In this document: one piece after another, positions 1 through 7,319 of the stretch
How positions within the stretch are numbered: the first letter of the stretch is position 1
How the letters are laid out: each line of letters starts with the position of its first letter
DNA from: Xanthomonas campestris pv. campestris str. ATCC 33913
GTDB taxonomy: Bacteria; Pseudomonadota; Gammaproteobacteria; Xanthomonadales; Xanthomonadaceae
Length of the DNA stretch: 32,000 nt
Assembly: GCF_000007145.1 (NCBI RefSeq)
Contig: NC_003902.1
Span: 2,876,497 to 2,908,496, forward strand
Direction of reading: 5' to 3'
Program-made: the position numbers and the translations under genes
Notes under the pieces: model-generated
What the model was told of the DNA's origin: nothing
Database searches by the model: none
Seen by the model: only the letters and a program-made list of their open reading frames with translations

Positions 1-85
1 CATCGGCGAGCGCCCGGAAGACCTGCGCGTGTTCGACCCGGAAGCGTTTGTCGATGCGCTGCTGCCAGAAGCGCTGGGCAGCTGA
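1..85 (+). CDS. ftsY: 3' end of SRP receptor FtsY (partial; 5' end lies outside the window)
   Basis: Frame 2 reads ...IGERPEDLRVFDPEAFVDALLPEALGS* with TGA at 83-85. This resembles the conserved FtsY C-terminus as I remember it (E. coli ...GVGERIEDLRPFKADDFIEALF). Only 27 codons are visible. Confidence 0.5.
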   Translation, partial: IGERPEDLRVFDPEAFVDALLPEALGS

Positions 86-99
86 TTCCACGCCTGCTG

Positions 100-123
100 C
101 AGTGCTGCACGCATGCAGCACTG
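100..123 (+). terminator. Perfect 10-bp stem / 4-nt loop hairpin downstream of ftsY (possible terminator, no U-tract)
   Basis: CAGTGCTGCA-cgca-TGCAGCACTG read directly, 15 nt after the ftsY stop. Confidence 0.3.
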
Positions 124-572
124 GCGCTGGGGTCCAGATGGCTGCGCGGATGCATTCACCGCGCTGCGTCTGCACTGGCCAGGCAGCTGCGGGATTGCGC
201 TGCAGCGGCCACCTTCAGCCGATGCAGCGGGAGGCGCTGCGGCATGCGCCTCTGGCGCGGCGCAGGTTTGCCATCTGCAGCGCGTGATCGACCCTGCAGC
301 GTCTGATCGACAAAGTACCGGCGTGGCAGTGCCATCAAGGGCGGCCGGATGTGCAGCTAGCCATAAGGCGCGATGCCTATCCACGCAGCAAACACGCACC
401 TTGGTGCGCTGCTGAGTGCCGAGGTCAAGCCACCGACGCCTACACTGCACGATGGTGGCATTGCGTCTCAGCTCGCACGAAGCGCGCAGCCGCATGCGGG
501 ATGAAGTCACCACCCCGCTTTTTTTGCACACCAACCGCCTTGACCCTTCGCCTTCCCACGCCAGCAGACCCC

Positions 573-1643
573 ATGCCCGTACCCGCCACGCTCACCACCG
601 ATGCGTTCGTCGACCGTCTGCTGCACTGGTTCGACGGCCACGGCCGGCACGACCTGCCCTGGCAGCATCCGCGCGCGCCCTACCGGGTGTGGTTGTCGGA
701 AATCATGTTGCAGCAGACCCAGGTCGCGGTGGTGATCCCGTACTTCCAGAAGTTCGTCGCCAGCTTCCCGACCCTGGCCGATCTGGCCGCCGCCGACAAC
801 GACACGGTGATGGCGCACTGGGCCGGGCTGGGTTACTACGCGCGTGCTCGCAACCTGCATGCCGCCGCCAAGCAGTGCGTGGCCTTGCATGCAGGCGAGT
901 TGCCGCGCGATTTCGATGCGCTGCTGGCGCTGCCCGGCATCGGCCGCAGCACCGCCGGCGCGATCCTCAGCCAGGCCTGGAACGACCGCTTTCCAATCAT
1001 GGATGGCAACGTCAAACGCGTACTCACGCGCATCCACGGCATTGCCGGCTATCCCGGCTTGCCAGTCGTGGAAAAACAGCTATGGCAGTTGGCGGCGAAC
1101 CATGTCGCCCACGTGCCCGCCGGCCGCCTGGCCGACTACACGCAGGCACAGATGGATTTCGGCGCCACGCTGTGCACGCGCGCCAGACCGGCGTGCATGG
1201 TGTGCCCGCTGCAGGAAAACTGCGTGGCGCGCCGCGAAGGCCTGGTCGAGGCACTGCCCACGCCCAAGCCCGGCAAGCAATTGCCCGAGCGCGAGGCCAC
1301 CGCGCTGCTGCTGGAAAACGCGCACAACGAGATCCTGCTGCAACGCCGCCCGCCCACCGGCATCTGGGCGTCGCTGTGGACGCTGCCACAAGCCGAAACC
1401 GACAGCGACCTGCGTGAGTGGTTCGCCGCGCATATCGATGGCGATTACGACCGTGCCGACGAAATGCCGATGATCGTGCACACCTTCAGCCACTACCGTC
1501 TGCATTTGCAGCCACTGCGCCTGCGCAAGGTCGCGCTGCGCCAGGTGCTGCGCGACAACGACGACCTGCGTTGGGTGGCACGCGCAGACCTTGCAACGCT
1601 GGGTCTGCCGGCGCCGATCCGCAAATTGCTCGACGCGTTGTAA
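573..1643 (+). CDS. mutY: A/G-specific adenine DNA glycosylase MutY (356 aa)
   Basis: HhH-GPD signature (LSEIMLQQTQV, LPGIGRSTAGAILS). 4Fe-4S cysteine cluster CTRARPACMVCPLQENC. Nudix-like C-terminal domain. Start set at MPVPATL because the upstream part of ORF 351-1643 is R/C-rich and not protein-like. Confidence 0.9.
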   Translation: MPVPATLTTDAFVDRLLHWFDGHGRHDLPWQHPRAPYRVWLSEIMLQQTQVAVVIPYFQKFVASFPTLADLAAADNDTVMAHWAGLGYYARARNLHAAAKQCVALHAGELPRDFDALLALPGIGRSTAGAILSQAWNDRFPIMDGNVKRVLTRIHGIAGYPGLPVVEKQLWQLAANHVAHVPAGRLADYTQAQMDFGATLCTRARPACMVCPLQENCVARREGLVEALPTPKPGKQLPEREATALLLENAHNEILLQRRPPTGIWASLWTLPQAETDSDLREWFAAHIDGDYDRADEMPMIVHTFSHYRLHLQPLRLRKVALRQVLRDNDDLRWVARADLATLGLPAPIRKLLDAL

Positions 1644-1794
1644 ACGCGCCGCACGAGAACCACGTGCGCAGGCAACCGCGGCTCGGCTTTGACAGAACAC
1701 GGGCTTACACTGCGACTCCAGCGCACCGTGTGTTGGTTGAGCCCTGCACACCTGCATCGCCCACATCACGCGCGCCCCATACAAGGAACTTTGC

Positions 1795-2073
1795 ATGTCC
1801 CGCACCGTGTTCTGCCAGTACCAGCAATGCGACACCGAAGGCCTGGATTTTGCGCCGTATCCGGGCGAGCTCGGCCAACGCATCTTCGCGCAGATTGGCA
1901 AGGCCGGCTGGCAGGCCTGGCTTGCGCACCAGACCATGCTGATCAACGAAAACCGGCTCTCGCCGCGTGACCCCAAGCACCGCGCCTTCCTCGAGGCGGA
2001 ACTGCAGAAGTTCCTGTTCGAACGCAACGCCGACAAGCCGGAAGGGTATGTCGATCCGCTGGGTGAAGAGTGA
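1795..2073 (+). CDS. yggX: Fe(2+)-trafficking / oxidative-damage protection protein YggX (92 aa)
   Basis: [31 protein letters not shown]...[16 protein letters not shown] matches the YggX family. The mutY-yggX order is the classic proteobacterial arrangement. Confidence 0.9.
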
Positions 2074-2213
2074 GCACGGCAATGCGCTGATGTGGCTGCA
2101 GCGTGCGTCCGACCCGGTAGTGCCCACATGTTCGCGCTGAGGCGCTGTGGTGCATCGCCACTGCCGCCGACCAGCGGGCCGACATCATGACTCGCCGGAG
2201 TAGGCGCCCACGC

Positions 2214-2678
2214 TCACTCCTGCGTAGTCTGTTCGGCTTCCGCCTCCGTGCGCTCCTGCATCCTGGCCTCGCGTAGTTGTTTCTCCGAGGCACGGATCGC
2301 CTTGACGTCGAGCGGGCGAATCGTCTCGATGCGGCACGGAATACGGATCATCCCCGGGCCACCGAGCGCAATCACATTGTCGAAGCGCGCACTCACCTGA
2401 CCAAAGCGCTGCGTGATCGCAATGGCCGGCGCATACCCCAGCTCGTTGCAGCTCGCGCGTAGTTCCAGCAAATACGCCTGATTGGGGCGCGTCCACACCG
2501 CCAACGCGCTGCCGCCCAATGCGGTCCAGCCGGCCAGACTGTTGCCATAGCGGAAATCGCGAACCGGCGCACCGGCGTTGGCGCGGTACAGCTGCAGGCG
2601 CTCTTCGTCAGACAGGCGCCCGGTGGCGCAGCCAACCAGACTCAGCAGGGCGATGACCATCCAAATGAATTTGTGCAT
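2214..2678 (-). CDS. Putative lipoprotein, function unknown (154 aa)
   Basis: N-terminus MHKFIWMVIALLSLVGCATG has a signal peptide and an LVGC lipobox. No family confidently recognised. Confidence 0.7.
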   Translation of the reverse strand: MHKFIWMVIALLSLVGCATGRLSDEERLQLYRANAGAPVRDFRYGNSLAGWTALGGSALAVWTRPNQAYLLELRASCNELGYAPAIAITQRFGQVSARFDNVIALGGPGMIRIPCRIETIRPLDVKAIRASEKQLREARMQERTEAEAEQTTQE

Positions 2679-2813
2679 GGGACACCTCGGCAATGACGCC
2701 TGAGCATGCCCCGCCGGATGTCATGCCTGGCTGAAAGTGCGCGCGTGCCTGGCCACGCGTTCACGGATGGGCCACTGCCGGGCACTCCAGGCCGCGCCGG
2801 CACCTGCACGTAT

Positions 2814-4436
2814 TCAACCAACGCCGGTGGGACCATCCAGCAACATGCGAATGCGCTTGAGCAATTCCTTCTGCGTGTACGGCTTGTTGACCACGTCGAA
2901 CTCCGCGCCGCCCACATCGGTGCGCTGGATGCTGGCATCGGCATAGCCGGTGGTCAGCAGCACCTTGATCTTGGGCAGCATCCGCCGTGCTTCGCGCGCC
3001 AGCACCACGCCGTTCATGCCGCCTGGCATGATCAGGTCGGTGAACAAGGCGTCCACTTCCGGATGCTGCTCCAGCACCTCGATCGCTTCGCGCCCGCTCG
3101 ACGCGGACAGCGCGCGATAACCGGCACCTTCCAGGAACATCTTGGCCACCACCGCCACGTCCTCCTTGTCTTCCACGATCAGGATGGTTTCGTTGCCGCC
3201 CTTGTCCAAGGCGCGGTTCTTGGTGGACGGCAGCGCGTTTTCGTAATCGCTGGAGGCGGGGAAATACAGCCGCACCGTGGTGCCTTCGCCCACTTCGCTG
3301 TAGATGCGCACGGTGCCACCGGATTGCTTGACGAAGCCATACACCATCGACAAGCCCAGGCCCGTGCCCTGCCCCTCTTCCTTGGTGGTGAAGAACGGCT
3401 CCATGACCCGGCTCACCACTTCCGGCGGCATGCCCGAGCCGCTGTCGGTCACGGCAATACTCACGTAGCGGCCCGGCGCGAGCTGGTGATACATCGACAG
3501 GTCGTGGCTGGTGATCTCCACATTCTGCGTCTGCACCATCACTTCCTTGCGCTCGGCATTGGCCATGGCGTCACGCGCATTGATCAGCACATTCAACAGC
3601 GCCACTTCCGCCTGCGTCGTGTCGATCTGGCAATTCCACAGCCGTTCTTCCAGCGCCTGACGCAATGTGATGCCGCCCCCCAGCGCGCGCTCGGCCATAT
3701 TGTTCATGCCCGACACCAGGCCGTTGAGATTCACCACCCGGCCACGCAATTTCTGTTTACGCGAAAACGCCAGCAACTGCTGGGTCAAGGTCGCGGCCTT
3801 GGCCGCCGCCGCGGCGGCGTGCTCCGCGCTGACCGCGATGCGATCGGGGCTGCCGTTGCCGTTGCTGACCATCATCTGGATGAATTCCAGATGCCCGGAC
3901 ATCACCTGCAGCAGATTGTTGAAGTCGTGTGCAATGCCGCCGGTGAGCTGGCCCAGCGCTTCCATCTTCTGCGCCTGGCGCAGGGCATCTTCGGCATCAC
4001 GGCGGCGGCTGACGTCCAGCTGCGAGCCAAAGAAATACACCAGCTTGCCGGTGTCATCGAAGACCGGAGAAACGAACAGCGCATTCCAGAATGTTGAGCC
4101 GTCCTTGCGATAATTCAGCACTTCAGTGGCGAATTCGCGGCGGTTGTCGATGGCCTCACGCACATCGGCCACCGCCTGGCGGTCGGTCTCCGGGCCCTGC
4201 AGGAAGCGGCAGTTGTTGCCGATGATTTCGTCGGCAGCGTACCCGGTCATTTCCAGGAAGGCCCGGTTGGCGAACACGATCGGGTTATCCGGCAGGTATG
4301 GGTCGGTCACCGTCATCGGCATGCGGGTGGTTTCCACCGCAGCAAAGAAGATGTCCGAGCGATGCTTGCTGACCGGAAGCGTCTGCGATTCGCCAATCAA
4401 TGGCGCCCGTGGCTCTCCGTAACCGGAATCGTTCAA
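2814..4436 (-). CDS. LOV-domain hybrid sensor histidine kinase / response regulator (blue-light photoreceptor type, 540 aa)
   Basis: N-terminal PAS/LOV with flavin-adduct motif [13 protein letters not shown] (Cys codon at 4209-4211). H-box [11 protein letters not shown]. HATPase G-boxes ([12 protein letters not shown]). C-terminal receiver ([10 protein letters not shown]...[12 protein letters not shown]). No transmembrane segment. Confidence 0.9.
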   Translation of the reverse strand: MNDSGYGEPRAPLIGESQTLPVSKHRSDIFFAAVETTRMPMTVTDPYLPDNPIVFANRAFLEMTGYAADEIIGNNCRFLQGPETDRQAVADVREAIDNRREFATEVLNYRKDGSTFWNALFVSPVFDDTGKLVYFFGSQLDVSRRRDAEDALRQAQKMEALGQLTGGIAHDFNNLLQVMSGHLEFIQMMVSNGNGSPDRIAVSAEHAAAAAAKAATLTQQLLAFSRKQKLRGRVVNLNGLVSGMNNMAERALGGGITLRQALEERLWNCQIDTTQAEVALLNVLINARDAMANAERKEVMVQTQNVEITSHDLSMYHQLAPGRYVSIAVTDSGSGMPPEVVSRVMEPFFTTKEEGQGTGLGLSMVYGFVKQSGGTVRIYSEVGEGTTVRLYFPASSDYENALPSTKNRALDKGGNETILIVEDKEDVAVVAKMFLEGAGYRALSASSGREAIEVLEQHPEVDALFTDLIMPGGMNGVVLAREARRMLPKIKVLLTTGYADASIQRTDVGGAEFDVVNKPYTQKELLKRIRMLLDGPTGVG

Positions 4437-4679
4437 GTGCGTGCTCTCCGCGGGGCCATTCCCGTGGCGCTAGTTTAGACGAGCCCGGTGAGGCCCCCAT
4501 CACATCCGTGAGCCTTTCCAGACCGGCAAATGACCGCGATGCAACCTTTGATTGCAGCCGAACGTAGCTGCGCCCGGGTGACTGCCCGGCACCCTCGCTG
4601 CGGAGCGTGTGGACAGCCGCGATGCAGACGATTGCCGGTCTTGCTCGGCGCGCGGGAGACGTGTCCCCGCCGTGCGCCG

Positions 4680-5012
4680 TTACTGCGGCGCCATCTTCGA
4701 GAACACATTGATCACCACCGCACCGGCCACGATCAGCGCCCTGCCCAGCATGGCCGGCAGATCCAGCCGCTGGCCATGCACCAGCCAGGCCACCAGCGAG
4801 ATCAGCACGATGCCGGCTCCGGAACAGAGCGCGTACGCGATGCCGACCGGGATCACCCGCAACGTCGCCGCCAGGCAATAGAACGCCACGGCATAGCCGA
4901 GCACGGTCAGCGGCGACGGCCATCGCCGGGTGAAGCCTTCGCTGGATGTGAGCGCCGCCGTCGCCATCACCTCCGCAACGATTGCCACCGCCAGAAACAC
5001 CCAGTGCTTCAT
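4680..5012 (-). CDS. SMR-family multidrug efflux transporter, EmrE/Qac-like (110 aa)
   Basis: MKHWVFLAVAIVAEV...SEGFTRRWPS...IPVGIAYALCSGAGIVLISL...GQRLDLPAMLG closely parallels E. coli EmrE, including the membrane Glu14 (AEV). Four predicted TM helices. The upstream part of ORF 4680-5249 is not protein-like. Confidence 0.85.
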   Translation of the reverse strand: MKHWVFLAVAIVAEVMATAALTSSEGFTRRWPSPLTVLGYAVAFYCLAATLRVIPVGIAYALCSGAGIVLISLVAWLVHGQRLDLPAMLGRALIVAGAVVINVFSKMAPQ

Positions 5013-5247
5013 CCTCGTCTCCACGCGTTCAATGCCGCGACCATGACGGCAGCCACCGGCTTGCATGCAAGCACCGGGCTGCGCGCCATTGCCGGCACGC
5101 ACCGCGCGCGCTAACGCGCCACGGTCGGGTTTGCCGTAGCATGCGCGTGCACCACGCAGCTCCTGCGTCTCGTCCGGCCGTTCTGGCGCCGTTGCGCGCT
5201 CTTCTCTCTCCGCCGGCCTGCGCGCCTGGTGATCACGCGACGCGACC

Positions 5248-5919
5248 ATGCCGGGCTATCAGACCCAGATCCATGCGCTGACCTTCGGGCAGCACACCTT
5301 CAGCATCCGTGCGTTGGCGGACAAGCAGCAATACGCAGACCCCGACCAGACAGCCGCAGATGCGGGGATTTCCTCGGCGCAGTGGAGCCTGTTCGGCCAG
5401 GTCTGGCCCGCCGGCCAGCTGTTGGCCGAAGCGATGGCCACCCGGCCGGTGGCCGGCAAACGCATTCTCGAACTCGGTTGTGGCCTTGGGCTGGCCAGCC
5501 TGGTGCTGCGCCGCCGCGGCGCCGACATCGTGGCCAGCGACCATCACCCGCTGGCCGAAGTCTTCCTGGCCTACAACGCTGCGCTCAATGCGCTGGAATC
5601 GGTGCCGTACCGGCGCCTGGATTGGGACGCGGGCGCGGCGGACATGGGCCAGTTCGACATGATCATCGCCAGCGACGTGCTCTACGAAACCCGCCACGCC
5701 ACCTTGCTGGCCAAGCTGATTCCCGACCTGGCCAAACCGGCCTGCGAAATCGTGATCAGCGACCCCGGCCGCGGCAATGCGAACACCTTGTCGCGCATGC
5801 TGGCCGACATCGGTTTTTCATTGATTGCCGGCGAACGCCAGGCCTCGGTGCACGTCGCCAAGGCGCCGCGCCTGTTTGTCTACCGGCGTGGCGCGGAGCC
5901 GCGGCAACCGGCTGGCTGA
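5248..5919 (+). CDS. Class I SAM-dependent methyltransferase (Methyltransf_16 / lysine-MT-like, 223 aa)
   Basis: Motif I RILELGCGLGLASL and post-motif FDMIIASDVLYE. Confidence 0.8.
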   Translation: MPGYQTQIHALTFGQHTFSIRALADKQQYADPDQTAADAGISSAQWSLFGQVWPAGQLLAEAMATRPVAGKRILELGCGLGLASLVLRRRGADIVASDHHPLAEVFLAYNAALNALESVPYRRLDWDAGAADMGQFDMIIASDVLYETRHATLLAKLIPDLAKPACEIVISDPGRGNANTLSRMLADIGFSLIAGERQASVHVAKAPRLFVYRRGAEPRQPAG

Positions 5920-5957
5920 GCCGCGCGATCACGCTGCGGGCTCGCCGCACGGCGCAG

Positions 5958-5978
5958 GCGCCGGCCACACACCGGCGC
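5958..5978. terminator. GC hairpin between convergent genes (possible bidirectional terminator)
   Basis: GCGCCGG-ccacaca-CCGGCGC, a 7-bp stem, lies between the methyltransferase stop (5919) and the exported-protein stop (6055). No U-tract. Confidence 0.3.
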
Positions 5979-6054
5979 TGCGCAGATAACGCAGCAAACG
6001 CGCGGCACACGCCGATGCCAGGCCCGGCACTCGCCTGCGGATCACGCCATCACG

Positions 6055-6684
6055 TTAGCGCGACACCCAGCCACCGATGGGGCTGTAGGCAGACAGTGAC
6101 ACCGGCTTGCGCGGGTCGGCCTTGATCACCTCGTGCCGGCTCAGACGCAGCGCCTCGCCATCGCGCTCTGCGTCCGGGTTGGTCACCCAGTCTTCGATGA
6201 TGCGCACATGGAACAGCACTGCACGCTGCGTGCGGTCGTAGCGGAAGGTGATGTAGTCGGTCCAGTGCTGGCCGCATGCAACGCCATTCTGCACGGTGAA
6301 ATAGGCGCCCTTGGCCACCAACCCCTGGCCGTCGTCTTCGAACGGATCGCACTGCCCACCGTCATCGGCCTTGAAGATCACCTGCGCGTTGCGCGCGGCT
6401 TCGACAAAGCGGCCATCGGCCGTCTGCATTAGGACCAGCAACAGCCGCTGCGGTGCATCCTTGCCGGCGGCAATCTGCGCTACTTCGTCGGCGCGCCGCA
6501 ACGCCACCAGGTAATCGCGTCGGCCATCGCCATTCACATCCGCATCAACCGCCTGGATGAGCGTATAGCCGGCAGGCAGGTGCGCGCTCAGCTCGGGCGG
6601 CAGCGCCGCTGCGGCACAGGGGCCGGTTGCCATCGCCGTTGCCAACACCATCGCCGCTGCGTGACCTCGCATCTGCATGCTCAT
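6055..6684 (-). CDS. Exported hypothetical protein with an FG-GAP-like DxNxDGxxD segment (209 aa)
   Basis: Signal-peptide-like N-terminus MSMQMRGHAAAMVLATAMATGPCAAAA. VDADVNGDGRRDYLV motif. Start chosen among three adjacent ATGs. Confidence 0.65.
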   Translation of the reverse strand: MSMQMRGHAAAMVLATAMATGPCAAAALPPELSAHLPAGYTLIQAVDADVNGDGRRDYLVALRRADEVAQIAAGKDAPQRLLLVLMQTADGRFVEAARNAQVIFKADDGGQCDPFEDDGQGLVAKGAYFTVQNGVACGQHWTDYITFRYDRTQRAVLFHVRIIEDWVTNPDAERDGEALRLSRHEVIKADPRKPVSLSAYSPIGGWVSR

Positions 6685-6968
6685 CCATTTCGTTCCGGGC
6701 GTGCAGCATAGCCGGCCGTGCAACTGCCTGTGCGTCTGGGCATGCGCGACCGAACGCGAACGCATCCGTCCACATGCCTACGCGCCAGCGATCGCCATCG
6801 CCATCGCCCGTTTCTTGGCAGTGAAGAAAAATCGCCAAGTCCGCTTATGCGCTCACGTGCGATTGGCGCATCGCCGACGTGCGTTTTATGCAGGCGGCGC
6901 GATGCTCTGCCTCGCACCACGCAAACGCGTGCGTGCATTCCCCAAGCAACGAACCAAGAGAACTCTCC

Positions 6969-7166
6969 ATGGCAAATCAGAACCAAAACCAGGGCGGCAC
7001 CAGTAACCGCGGCTTTGCTTCGATGGATGAAGACAAGCAGCGGGAAATCGCCTCCAAGGGCGGCAAGGCAGCCCATCAGAGCGGCAACGCACACGAATTC
7101 AGCTCGGAAGAAGCACGCGAAGCCGGCAAGAAGGGCGGCCAGTCCAGCGGCGGCGGCAATCGCTGA
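6969..7166 (+). CDS. KGG-repeat general stress protein (YciG-like, 65 aa)
   Basis: MANQNQNQGGTSNRGFASMDEDKQREIASKGGKAAHQSG...EAGKKGGQSSGGGNR carries typical stress-induced KGG motifs. A purine-rich AAGAGAA lies upstream of the ATG. Confidence 0.8.
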   Translation: MANQNQNQGGTSNRGFASMDEDKQREIASKGGKAAHQSGNAHEFSSEEAREAGKKGGQSSGGGNR

Positions 7167-7173
7167 CCGCGCG

Positions 7174-7208
7174 GCGCTTCCGGAGGGCCATGCGCTCTCC
7201 GGAAGCGC
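7174..7208. terminator. Strong 12-bp-stem hairpin between convergent genes (bidirectional terminator candidate)
   Basis: GCGCTTCCGGAG-(11 nt)-CTCCGGAAGCGC sits 8 nt after the KGG-protein stop and about 110 nt after the kinase stop on the other strand. Confidence 0.5.
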
Positions 7209-7319
7209 TCACGGTGTATGTCATTGACCTGAGACCGGGCGCCTGAGAGCGCCCTACTGTCTGTGCATCTCGCGCAGGCGCGGCAACGCGATGCCACCGC
7301 ACAGCACTGCCGCGAACAC

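Noticed and set aside
351-572. N-terminal extensions of track ORFs (mutY from 351, dxs from 16883, gumK to 30130, gumM to 28010, gumN to 26807, ACAD from 13381, and others)
   Set aside because: The extended regions are Arg/Cys/Ala-rich, overlap neighbouring genes, or precede the conserved family N-termini. Internal starts give the expected lengths and, in several cases, a Shine-Dalgarno sequence.
2706-4097. 463-aa plus-strand ORF antisense to the LOV kinase
   Set aside because: This is a high-GC shadow frame. It is His/Arg/Gly/Ala-rich with no recognisable domains, and it is fully contained within a minus-strand gene that has strong motif support.
5013-5247. Possible guanidine riboswitch upstream of the SMR transporter (the leader contains CCGGACGAGAC, reminiscent of the ykkC-III 5' end)
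   Set aside because: The remainder of the guanidine-III pseudoknot is absent, as are paired ACGR-loop hairpins (guanidine-II). The transporter looks EmrE/Qac-like rather than Gdx/SugE-like.
6814-6839. CTTGGC-N14-GCCAAG inverted repeat, with a TGGCA resembling a sigma-54 -24 box, upstream of the KGG stress gene
   Set aside because: There is no GC/TTGC -12 element at the required spacing. A 6-bp inverted repeat alone is too weak to call a regulatory site.
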